Shown here piece after piece: positions 28,096 through 35,764 of a stretch of 47,070 bases of DNA. Location of the stretch: positions 1-47,070 of IMG/VR virus record IMGVR_UViG_3300011337_000086; one strand, 5' to 3'. The position numbers and the translations under genes were made by a program. The notes beneath the pieces were generated by a model. It had not been told where the DNA came from. It made no database searches and saw nothing but the letters and a program-made list of their open reading frames with translations. The stretch comes from a virus (lineage: Duplodnaviria > Caudoviricetes). Each line of letters begins with the position of its first letter. Position 1 is the stretch's first letter.

Positions 28096-28172
28096 TGGTC
28101 TGCCACCCGTGAGTCGAACACGGAACCTAAAGCTTAGAAGGCTTTTGCTCTGTCCAGTTGAGCTAGTGGCAG
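28096..28172 (-). tRNA. tRNA-Arg (anticodon TCT)
   Basis: Acceptor CTGCCAC/GTGGCAG, D-arm AGCTCAACTGGACAGAGC, anticodon arm AAAGC-CTTCTAA-GCTTT, GTTCGAC T-loop, encoded CCA. Confidence 0.95.
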
Positions 28173-28210
28173 TATGAGGTTAACACTGTTAACCTATAGT
28201 TATTCCTTAG

Positions 28211-28921
28211 TCAAGGGCGTTTGTTCGCCTCAAAGACTGCTTGTGCAAATCCCCGTGGGGTAGCACTACGAATGTTCTTGGTCTTCATACTCTTGCCACC
28301 CAGCTTGCGATGCTGTGTGCTATACCCTGCCTCAACTACAACAGGCTTAGGTACAGGCATCTTGAACCCACCACCTACCCACAGGCAAGTCTTCTTAGGG
28401 TAAGCATCACGGGGTGCAATGTATTCAGGCCACACAGGATGCTCTGCCTCATCCTCTGGGATATACCCACCATACTCATATGGGTTGAACATATAGTCAG
28501 GCTTACGCCACAGCGTGGACAACACAGACACTGGGTTCTCAATAAAGTATGGCACACGGAGTGCTTGAAAAAGGCTTGCACATAGGAAAGCATGGCTTAC
28601 TGCTTTCTTCTGAAAGTCTGGGTCAGCCTGACGCTTACGCTCGAAGTGTGCAGCACCAGACACAGCCATGTCAGTACATACAGGGAAGGCCATACCAAAT
28701 ACCTTAGGTTTAGTATAGTTGTATTGGTATTGAAGTGTCATAAGATGCACAACAGCAGGATTATATAGGTCAGCATTGAGGTAGCTGATAGACCCACCAC
28801 TAGGGAAGTAGTCAACCTTAGTGTTGTTATGCTGGATGTCATAGCAGTGGCACTCGTAACCAGCCTTAGCCCAAGGCTTAACAGCTTCACCTGTGTAGTC
28901 ATATAGGGATATCACGATCAT
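28211..28921 (-). CDS. DNA cytosine-C5 methyltransferase (short phage type)
   Basis: 'ISLYDYTG', catalytic 'FPVCT', 'IENP', 'KKTCLW', 'RSATPRGFA'. Confidence 0.8.
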   Translation of the reverse strand: MIVISLYDYTGEAVKPWAKAGYECHCYDIQHNNTKVDYFPSGGSISYLNADLYNPAVVHLMTLQYQYNYTKPKVFGMAFPVCTDMAVSGAAHFERKRQADPDFQKKAVSHAFLCASLFQALRVPYFIENPVSVLSTLWRKPDYMFNPYEYGGYIPEDEAEHPVWPEYIAPRDAYPKKTCLWVGGGFKMPVPKPVVVEAGYSTQHRKLGGKSMKTKNIRSATPRGFAQAVFEANKRP

Positions 28922-28930
28922 ATCATTCTC

Positions 28931-29287
28931 CTATTCTAAGTAGAAAAAATGGTTTCCGTATCCACCAACCAGTGTCATGTGCTTAGCCCAGTATGGGTTA
29001 GTGTCCCTAGTGTGGAAGTTAGTAGCGTTAGTGCAGAGGATGCAGCCTTGGTCAATGATTTCATAAGCAAGGATCACTGACTGAATGAATGCCTCTGGTT
29101 CCTTGATAGCTAAGTCCTTATCGTTTGTCCAGCTAAATTCTCCATCCTCAAAGACAGTTGCACAAATGTCACCACCATCAGCGATGTTCATTGTAACCTC
29201 AGCCACTAGGATTTGCCCATCAATAGGTTCACCCCGTGCCTCGAAGTATATGTTGCCAGCTAGGCACAAGGCTGCGAGGGTTATCAT
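28931..29287 (-). CDS. Cell wall hydrolase, SleB/Hydrolase_2 family
   Basis: 'CLAGNIYFEARGE', 'FSW', 'PYWA', 'GNHFFY'. Confidence 0.88.
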   Translation of the reverse strand: MITLAALCLAGNIYFEARGEPIDGQILVAEVTMNIADGGDICATVFEDGEFSWTNDKDLAIKEPEAFIQSVILAYEIIDQGCILCTNATNFHTRDTNPYWAKHMTLVGGYGNHFFYLE

Positions 29288-29427
29288 TCCCATAGCCCCA
29301 TATCCTCTGCCATAATCTCATAGTAGTAATCAGTCTTTACCTCGAAGGCTGCTCGAAGTATAGGGATATGGTGAATAAAGATTGCCGTAATTACTATCCA
29401 ATATGTAAACGCTTGTAGAAATTTCAT
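29284..29427 (-). CDS. Small hydrophobic hypothetical protein (47 aa)
   Basis: Manually translated; ATGA overlaps at both ends. Confidence 0.6.
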   Translation of the reverse strand: MKFLQAFTYWIVITAIFIHHIPILRAAFEVKTDYYYEIMAEDMGLWE

Positions 29428-30134
29428 TCCGTAACCTCCCCTTCATATACTTTAGCATTACCAGATACCTTAGCATTACCAGATACCTTAGCATTACCAT
29501 ATACCTTAGCATAACCATATACCCAAGCATTATCAGATACCATAGCATTACCACATACCTTAGCATCACCAGATACCTTAGCATTACCAGATACCTTAGC
29601 CTTACCAGATACCTTAGCCTTACCAGATACCCAAGCATTATCAGATACCATAGCATTACCACATACCTTAGCATCACCAGATACCTTAGCATTACCAGAT
29701 ACCTTAGCCTTACCAGATACCTTAGCCTTACCAGATACCCAAGCACTACCATATACCAAAGCATTCTCAAATACCTCAGCATTATCAAATACCCTAGCAT
29801 TACCAAATACCCAAGCCTTATCAGATACCATAGCATTACCATATACCTTAGCATTACCATATACCTTAGCATTACCAGATACCAAAGCATTACCACATAC
29901 CTTAGCATCACCAGATACCTTAGCATAACCATATACCTTAGCATTACCAGATACCCAAGCATTATCAGATACCTTAGCATCACCAGATACCCAAGCCTTA
30001 CCATATACTACAGCATCAGGGCCTACATAAGCACTATCAGCTACAGTTGCACTATCAGCTACCCATCCGCCACCATTAGAGTGCTTATGTGCAGCTACAG
30101 GGCCATTACCATCGTTAAAGTCATAAGTATTCAT
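29424..30134 (-). CDS. Hexapeptide-repeat (left-handed beta-helix) protein
   Basis: About 30 copies of A-[KW]-V-[SY]-G-[ND]; 'GGWV' lead-in. Confidence 0.85.
   Translation of the reverse strand: MNTYDFNDGNGPVAAHKHSNGGGWVADSATVADSAYVGPDAVVYGKAWVSGDAKVSDNAWVSGNAKVYGYAKVSGDAKVCGNALVSGNAKVYGNAKVYGNAMVSDKAWVFGNARVFDNAEVFENALVYGSAWVSGKAKVSGKAKVSGNAKVSGDAKVCGNAMVSDNAWVSGKAKVSGKAKVSGNAKVSGDAKVCGNAMVSDNAWVYGYAKVYGNAKVSGNAKVSGNAKVYEGEVTE
29445..30010. repeat. 18-bp tandem repeat array
   Basis: Consensus ATACCTTAGCATTACCAG; contains a 108-bp higher-order duplication (~29521-29745). Confidence 0.95.
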
Positions 30135-30343
30135 TTTGTAATCTCCCCTTCATATACCTTAGCATCACCAGATACTACAGCATAACCAGATACCCAAGCA
30201 TTACCAAATACCTCAGCATAACCAGATACCATAGCATTACCATATACCCAAGCATTACCAAATCCCATACCGTCAGTAGGTTTGTCATTGTTCAAGCCAC
30301 GCAATATATCGGCTAGGTCTGTCAAGTTATTTAGTCGCATCAT
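30131..30343 (-). CDS. Short chimeric hexapeptide-repeat ORF
   Basis: Unique 28-aa N-terminus plus ~6 repeats; C-terminus KVYEGEITK mirrors the neighbour's KVYEGEVTE. Confidence 0.6.
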   Translation of the reverse strand: MMRLNNLTDLADILRGLNNDKPTDGMGFGNAWVYGNAMVSGYAEVFGNAWVSGYAVVSGDAKVYEGEITK

Positions 30344-30594
30344 TTAATCTCCAAGACTTGGTTAGCGGAAAAGGATTTCCATTGCTTACTAGACACTTGA
30401 TAGATAGGCACTTGCCCACGGGCTTTCATAGCTTTACCTTGGGTAATACCCCGATCAGACCCTACAATTTTGCTATTAGGTTTAAACAAACCGTTAATCA
30501 CACGGGTAGTCCCATCTTTCTTGCGAAAGGTAACTGTTGCAAGCTTTGTGCCTTTACCTTTAATCATACAAGAGACTTGTTCTTTAGTCAGCAT
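30340..30594 (-). CDS. Small SH3/WYL-like fold phage protein
   Basis: 'VTFRKKDGTTR...WKSF' pattern. Confidence 0.6.
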   Translation of the reverse strand: MLTKEQVSCMIKGKGTKLATVTFRKKDGTTRVINGLFKPNSKIVGSDRGITQGKAMKARGQVPIYQVSSKQWKSFSANQVLEIK

Positions 30595-30798
30595 TTTATT
30601 TTTCCCCTATTCATCCCAAGGTGTTTCAAGTTCGTGGTAGTTACCAAGGTGTATCTCTCGCACAATTAGTGGTTCAATATACCCATGATGGAGTAGCGCA
30701 GAGATAAACCTTTCATGTATGTCATACATATATTCACCTTCGGCTTCCCTCCTCTTTGCTTCCTCCTTTAGCTTTGCTTAGTTCGTTCATGTTATCCC

Positions 30799-30966
30799 TC
30801 AATCACAACTAGAGTATCTGCTAGTGCGGCACACCCACAACTTAGTAGATGCCCTGTAGTATACTTGATAGATAGGGTCATACCCCCACCCCCATGCACT
30901 CTTGAATGCCTCACCCTTAGACTTAGCATCAAGTTCTGTCAAGTGACTTGTTTCTTCATAGATCAT
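30799..30966 (-). CDS. Early hypothetical protein (55 aa, ends RYSSCD)
   Basis: Manually translated; ATGA overlap. Confidence 0.6.
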   Translation of the reverse strand: MIYEETSHLTELDAKSKGEAFKSAWGWGYDPIYQVYYRASTKLWVCRTSRYSSCD

Positions 30967-31118
30967 TGGTCAACCTCATATTCTTCCCAATACAAACCTT
31001 CATTGCCAAAGGTAGAGTTTAACTTGATGTATGCCTTAGCACCTTCCTCTGTTGAAAAGAAGTTTACAAGATCACGGGAACCATCAATGTTTTCAAACCA
31101 TACTACAAAAACTTTCAT
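30963..31118 (-). CDS. Early hypothetical protein (51 aa)
   Basis: Manually translated MKVFVVWF...; GGAG RBS and ATGA overlaps. Confidence 0.65.
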   Translation of the reverse strand: MKVFVVWFENIDGSRDLVNFFSTEEGAKAYIKLNSTFGNEGLYWEEYEVDQ

Positions 31119-31309
31119 GTTGCAGTCTCCCCAAGAAACTCTATGTTATTCCACCGCCCAAGTAAAGGGCTATAAAGTTGCAGCCACCATCCAGCAGGAT
31201 AGTTATCACAAGCGGAAGAATATCTTTTCCTATACTCTCGCTTATGTATTGGCGGATACATATCGGGTGCATCCATAGGGCCATAGTGATAGCACATGAA
31301 GTCACCCAT
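31115..31309 (-). CDS. Early hypothetical protein
   Basis: Fills the gap between neighbours; start uncertain. Confidence 0.5.
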   Translation of the reverse strand: MGDFMCYHYGPMDAPDMYPPIHKREYRKRYSSACDNYPAGWWLQLYSPLLGRWNNIEFLGETAT

Positions 31310-31496
31310 TTTGGGCCAGCAATAGTTGCTGTTCTGCATAGGTGATTGCACCCACACCAATCACACCCAAGGGTGGATTATTCAATGCTTTGAAATACAC
31401 TATGACCAAATCTTTAAGATTGGTTCGCTCATCCTCAGACAGACTGGCCCAAGACATTGCCGCAAGTGATAGGTCTTTTAGGTTATGATAAAACAT
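31302..31496 (-). CDS. Early hypothetical protein
   Basis: 64 aa ORF in packed array. Confidence 0.5.
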   Translation of the reverse strand: MFYHNLKDLSLAAMSWASLSEDERTNLKDLVIVYFKALNNPPLGVIGVGAITYAEQQLLLAQNG

Positions 31497-31677
31497 TTTG
31501 CTTCCATCCCTTAGATAGATACATTGCGGGGATCATTGCGGAAATGGTATCCCCCTGTGTGAAATATACTGTCACCAATATGCCGCAACGATCTGACATA
31601 TCAACAAGAACATTCTTGCCGTGCCAATGGTGCGCCACTTGTTGGCTAGATGGTGTGTTAATCCAATGTCTTTCCAT
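31483..31677 (-). CDS. Early hypothetical protein
   Basis: 64 aa, TAATG coupling, AAGGA RBS. Confidence 0.65.
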   Translation of the reverse strand: MERHWINTPSSQQVAHHWHGKNVLVDMSDRCGILVTVYFTQGDTISAMIPAMYLSKGWKQNVLS

Positions 31678-31871
31678 TATATCTTATCCTTTGGCAGGTT
31701 TGCGTTCAACCTTGCGGCCCACTGTTCGGCTGTGTCTTGATCCAATATCCAGATGATAGGTTCACCACAGGCAAGGTCTAGTGCAATTTCCTCTGCACAA
31801 TCAAAGTCACCACAGTCACCAATAGCAAGTAATTCACCACTTCCAAGTAAACAAAACCAAATTCCACGCAT
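31677..31871 (-). CDS. Early hypothetical protein
   Basis: 64 aa, AAGGA RBS. Confidence 0.65.
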   Translation of the reverse strand: MRGIWFCLLGSGELLAIGDCGDFDCAEEIALDLACGEPIIWILDQDTAEQWAARLNANLPKDKI

Positions 31872-31935
31872 AGCTTATCCTTTGCTGATTGCCTTAACTA
31901 GTTACACTGGGGGAGGAACCAGTGCAACCATTAAA

Positions 31936-32643
31936 TCAACCAATAACAAAGCCACTAGTATCTTTACGCGCCTTACCCTTGGCATACAATGCAACAACAA
32001 CACCCTTTGGATCAAGGAAACGCAGATCATCCTTGTCACCATCGACCACAGGCAAGCCCAAGTATTCCTTTGGTATCATGCCCACCTTGCGCCAGACCAC
32101 CGCAATATTCAAGCCGTTTACCTTGGCGATAGCATGTTGCTTTGCATAGGCATCATTGGCCCCGCTATATGACCACGTTAGGTGGTAGTTAGGTGCAGTC
32201 ACCTTGCGGTTGGCAATCTTTGTGTAGTCATAAAACTGCACCATTGGGAAAGCCTCAAAGATATTGGCAAAGCCTGATACCTTAATCAATTCCCATCGAA
32301 TGTCACTTGTTCCATTGAGGCGAACGCAAGGCTGCACCCCTAGCTTGGCACAAAACTTTACAAAGGATTGAACATCCTTGTATAACTGGATCATAAACCC
32401 GTCACGATCCTGCGCAAACCATTGTGTTTTTCTTGCGCGCCCCGCTTGAACACTTGAGAAAGCCCCACGCCCTGCGCTATTCAAACAACCCTCGATGCAT
32501 CCCGCTTGTTCAGCCATAGGGCAGGCATTGATACCCGCACTTTTCCACGGCGTTAGATACATGATGGCGGTAACATATTCAGACCCGTCACCCTTGCGTG
32601 TCTTGGCATTGCTACCCGCAGATAAAAGATTACCCTTCCACAT
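31936..32643 (-). CDS. GP88-like protein (Cys-cluster, radical-SAM-like)
   Basis: 'NAKT.K', CX7CX3C 'CPMAEQAGCIEGC', 'RLNGTSDI.WE', 'QFYDYTK'; start MWKGN. Confidence 0.7.
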   Translation of the reverse strand: MWKGNLLSAGSNAKTRKGDGSEYVTAIMYLTPWKSAGINACPMAEQAGCIEGCLNSAGRGAFSSVQAGRARKTQWFAQDRDGFMIQLYKDVQSFVKFCAKLGVQPCVRLNGTSDIRWELIKVSGFANIFEAFPMVQFYDYTKIANRKVTAPNYHLTWSYSGANDAYAKQHAIAKVNGLNIAVVWRKVGMIPKEYLGLPVVDGDKDDLRFLDPKGVVVALYAKGKARKDTSGFVIG

Positions 32644-32684
32644 AGTCAGACCCTTTCGGTTGGTTGCCTTATCATTACACCTTA

Positions 32685-32714
32685 AGCCTAGCCTAAGGTG
32701 CAATAATCTGTCAA
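32685..32714 (-). promoter_or_regulatory. Early sigma70-type promoter overlapped by inverted repeat
   Basis: TTGACA-N18-TAGGCT. Confidence 0.55.
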
Positions 32715-32929
32715 CCCGCAAAGTGACGCAAGCGGCGGATGGTAGCGTTATGTTCAAAGTAAACCGAACGCTTGCCCATATGGATTGCTGTCATGCAATC
32801 GTCGGACTTGATACCCCATGGTAAAGCCTTAGCCTTGCGCTTGCGTGTCAAGCCCTTAAGACCCATCACGTTAAAGCGGAAACCTTTTGTGCCGTCATTA
32901 AGACCCTTGGTTGCGAAGATAATAAACAT
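32711..32929 (-). CDS. First early gene, basic hypothetical protein
   Basis: 72 aa, AAGGA RBS. Confidence 0.7.
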   Translation of the reverse strand: MFIIFATKGLNDGTKGFRFNVMGLKGLTRKRKAKALPWGIKSDDCMTAIHMGKRSVYFEHNATIRRLRHFAG

Positions 32930-33215
32930 GGTTGTTCCTTTCAGGTTATCATGCGAAGGTGCATGGGATGCTATCCCTTAGGATAGACACCGATATACCT
33001 CAGGCTATAGAACGTTTCCCCTTAGTGATCTAAGATATCTATAGCATTCCTTATACCTAGCATATTCTGCGGCACATGGTATTGCGCCCTTTCATTAACG
33101 TGCCTTGCCGAAGTAAGCACGGATTGTTTCCTACACCATACCACACAGCGCAATCACGCCAGCCTTGTCAGGACTACATTATCGGGCAAGCCCTAGTAAT
33201 GCGGTATTGTTAACA

Positions 33216-33228
33216 ATGTCAAAGAACG
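33216..33228 (-). promoter_or_regulatory. boxA-like antitermination signal
   Basis: CGTTCTTTGACAT about 35 nt after the early promoter, preceded by a GGCAG-ACAAC-CTGCC hairpin. Confidence 0.65.
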
Positions 33229-33265
33229 GTAGTCGGGCTGGCAGGTTGTCTGCCTTGATGAATTA

Positions 33266-33294
33266 ACCTTAGACCACTTGTTAAACCTAGTCAA
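33266..33294 (-). promoter_or_regulatory. Early promoter
   Basis: A-tract then TTGACT-N17-TAAGGT. Confidence 0.7.
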
Positions 33295-34029
33295 CAACTT
33301 TTTTCGCGCCGTTTACTTGGACTAGATTGCACCAAGCTAGCTTTTATCGGTGCAAGGTCTAGACGTTCAACCCGTAGACCTAGTAGTTTCGTTCGAAACT
33401 ATACTTTCAGGTAGGTAATCCAGGGTAAGATATACCTTGGGATAGTATTGTGATCAGATCGGATAGGGGGATATACTTTCTGATAGCTTTGTGATGGATG
33501 ATATAGGTGCATGCTTCTTGTTGTATGCGAAAGGATAGGATAACCATTGCGATTCCTTGGCCCTATGCGATAATTCAGAAAGATTCATTCTGTTTTTTAT
33601 TGTGGGATATCAACGGATTAGCCTAGTGATTCCTAGAGATTCTGCACAATGCCTTTGACCTACATGACAACAGGGGGCGGGCATGGGCCAGTGGGCCACC
33701 GGGGGTTAGCGTCTATGGGTTCTGCCAGAAATCAGTAAAACCAATAAGTGTTAACCAGAAAGAAGGCACATGGTTAACAACATCATGCTCCACACATACA
33801 CGGTATTCTGACACCACAGTTGTAGAAGCCCTAGGAGACACCCTACAGAGCCTCTAGATGTCTCTGCTACCCTGACCTAGAAAAACCTCCAGACCCCATC
33901 CAGCGTCTCTCTCCGTGGCTCTTTTAGCTATCCTGAGGCTGTACACCAGACAGCGGGTGATTCAGCGGGGTTAGAGCTTAGGTGTAGCCTGTATCTTTGA
34001 TTATTCTTAAATAAATATGAAATAGGGTA

Positions 34030-34058
34030 TTGACAAAAGGGTGAATCGCGGGTATCTT
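34030..34058 (+). promoter_or_regulatory. Possible sigma70 promoter
   Basis: TTGACA-N17-TATCTT with AT-rich upstream sequence. Confidence 0.5.
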
Positions 34059-34065
34059 ACTTAAG

Positions 34066-34265
34066 TATACTTAAAGAGATACATGATGAGATACACCATG
34101 AGAGACATAAGGTACTCATTATGCTACCTTAAGCTACCTAAGTGTACTTAATGCTTTCATAATGATACCTTAAGTATTACTTATATTTATATATATAAAT
34201 AAGAGAAACATAAGGAAGCATAAGGTACAGCATGATGTATCTCATCATGTATATCATTAAGTATA
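34066..34265. repeat. 35-bp inverted repeat enclosing an AT-rich core (candidate origin/terminal element)
   Basis: Arms 34066-34100 and 34231-34265 with 3 mismatches; inner 18-bp palindrome 34184-34201. Confidence 0.8.
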
Positions 34266-34340
34266 TACGTAGGTAGGAGAAAGTGGATTTCAAGTACCCT
34301 ATGTAAAATTCTTTTGTTTTGTAGTTCAATCAAGAAAAAG

Positions 34341-34370
34341 CTTGACTATGGACATACTTGGAGTATAACT
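34341..34370 (+). promoter_or_regulatory. sigma70-type promoter of the late arm
   Basis: CTTGAC-N17-TATAACT. Confidence 0.75.
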
Positions 34371-34374
34371 ACGG

Positions 34375-34617
34375 ATGAAGTATTTCTCAGATGAAGACGT
34401 ACTAGGTCAGTTCTACAAGGCACTTGCTGCTGGTGACGAAAAGGTTCTGCAAAGGGTTCACATCCCTCGTTCTGATGTGTTCTATGTGCGAGAAGCGATT
34501 CATCAAGCTACTGGTGTCAGGTATACCTTAGACCGTATAGAGAGGGCTATGTACCTCGAAAAACATTTACGAAGACAAGATGTCTTTGAACCAGATCGCA
34601 AGAGGGAATGGGAATGA
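34375..34617 (+). CDS. Hypothetical protein
   Basis: 80 aa, first gene of plus arm; no SD sequence. Confidence 0.75.
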   Translation: MKYFSDEDVLGQFYKALAAGDEKVLQRVHIPRSDVFYVREAIHQATGVRYTLDRIERAMYLEKHLRRQDVFEPDRKREWE

Positions 34618-35015
34618 GCTTAAGCCTTGGGAATAAGTCCAGAGAGAATCTTAAGGGTGTCCACCCTGACCTGATTGCTGTAGTTGAGAAGGCTATCACA
34701 ATCACTACCCAAGACTTTACAGTGGGTGAGGGTGTACGTAGCCTAGAGCGTCAGAAGAAGCTGGTAGCTAGTGGTGCTAGCCGTACAATGAACTCTCGTC
34801 ACCTTACTGGTCATGCCGTAGACCTACACCCCTATCCCTACAAGGGTGATCACGACATGGATGGTATTCCTAACTCAGATGACTGGGATGCCTACAAGCC
34901 AATCTACGAAGCTATGAAGCAAGCTGCTAAAGACTTGGATATTCCTTTGGAGCATGGATGGGACTGGGGCTGGGATGCACCACATCATCAACTACCTGCA
35001 AAGGACTACAAGTAA
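34614..35015 (+). CDS. Endolysin, M15 family peptidase
   Basis: 'LKGVHPDL', 'SRTMNSRHLTGHAVD', 'DAPHHQL'. Confidence 0.9.
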   Translation: MSLSLGNKSRENLKGVHPDLIAVVEKAITITTQDFTVGEGVRSLERQKKLVASGASRTMNSRHLTGHAVDLHPYPYKGDHDMDGIPNSDDWDAYKPIYEAMKQAAKDLDIPLEHGWDWGWDAPHHQLPAKDYK

Positions 35016-35251
35016 TGTCCGAGGATGATACACTCAGAAGAATTGCTAGGCTAGAGGAAGAGATTGTTAGACTCTGTGCAACGATCAATGAACTCAACCT
35101 GACCATTGTTGTGTTAAATAAAACAGTAGAAAACATGAGTGCATCTGAAAAGCGTAGAGCAGAGATTAGAGATAAGTCAATTCTGTTTGTTATCGGTGGG
35201 TTTATTTCTGCTGCAGTTGTTTGGGTTATCAATGGTGGGCTAATTAAATAA
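35015..35251 (+). CDS. Coiled-coil membrane protein in lysis cassette
   Basis: TAATG-coupled; single C-terminal TM helix. Confidence 0.65.
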   Translation: MSEDDTLRRIARLEEEIVRLCATINELNLTIVVLNKTVENMSASEKRRAEIRDKSILFVIGGFISAAVVWVINGGLIK

Positions 35252-35517
35252 TGTCTAGGGCTAAAACCTACAAGAGAGAAGTTGCTATAGCCTTACTGAT
35301 TTGGCTAGCATATGTCGTAGAGATGAAGGATGCTAACATTGTCGAAGTCCTTGTATGGCCAGTCTTTACGTTCGTGGCTCTTGCGTTTGGCCTTGATTGG
35401 TTCAATAAGTCTGGTAACAGCCTGCGGCAGTCTCCCAATGAAGCTCCTGACGGGGGGAGGCCCCAACGTAGCAGCCAACACCCAAGTGGCGAAGGTGGCA
35501 ACCCAGACGATAGGTAA
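35251..35517 (+). CDS. Putative holin (two TM segments)
   Basis: Two hydrophobic segments and a hydrophilic tail; next to endolysin. Confidence 0.55.
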   Translation: MSRAKTYKREVAIALLIWLAYVVEMKDANIVEVLVWPVFTFVALAFGLDWFNKSGNSLRQSPNEAPDGGRPQRSSQHPSGEGGNPDDR

Positions 35518-35764
35518 GTCAGAGACTAATGGTGATCAGAAGCTTGAGAAAATCGAGGGTCATCACAATAGAGTAGAGCAAATACAGGCTCAGGACAACA
35601 AGATTAAAACTGAATCTGTTGAAAAAGTTGTGATCAATGAAGTTCCACCTTGGGTTATCTTGCTTTTACTCCTTGGATGGCTGCTACCAACACCACAAGA
35701 TATCGGAAATAGGATTTATTTATGGCTGTCCCACCTCGTATCAAAAATAAAATGGCGGAAATAG
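35381..35764 (+). CDS. Putative unimolecular spanin
   Basis: Lipobox VTAC-GS and C-terminal TM 'PPWVILLLLLGWLL'; start uncertain (TTG 35381 or ATG 35330). Confidence 0.65.
   Translation: MRLALIGSISLVTACGSLPMKLLTGGGPNVAANTQVAKVATQTIGKSETNGDQKLEKIEGHHNRVEQIQAQDNKIKTESVEKVVINEVPPWVILLLLLGWLLPTPQDIGNRIYLWLSHLVSKIKWRK

Noticed and set aside
28096-28172. tRNA as an attP or prophage boundary
   Set aside because: Phage genes continue on both sides; no duplicated tRNA end or host genes seen
29330-30004. 224-aa 'MLRYLV' repeat ORF
   Set aside because: Alternate-frame shadow of the 18-bp repeats in the hexapeptide gene
29445-30265. CRISPR array or DGR template/variable repeat pair
   Set aside because: Repeats are contiguous, coding and spacer-less; no reverse transcriptase in the window
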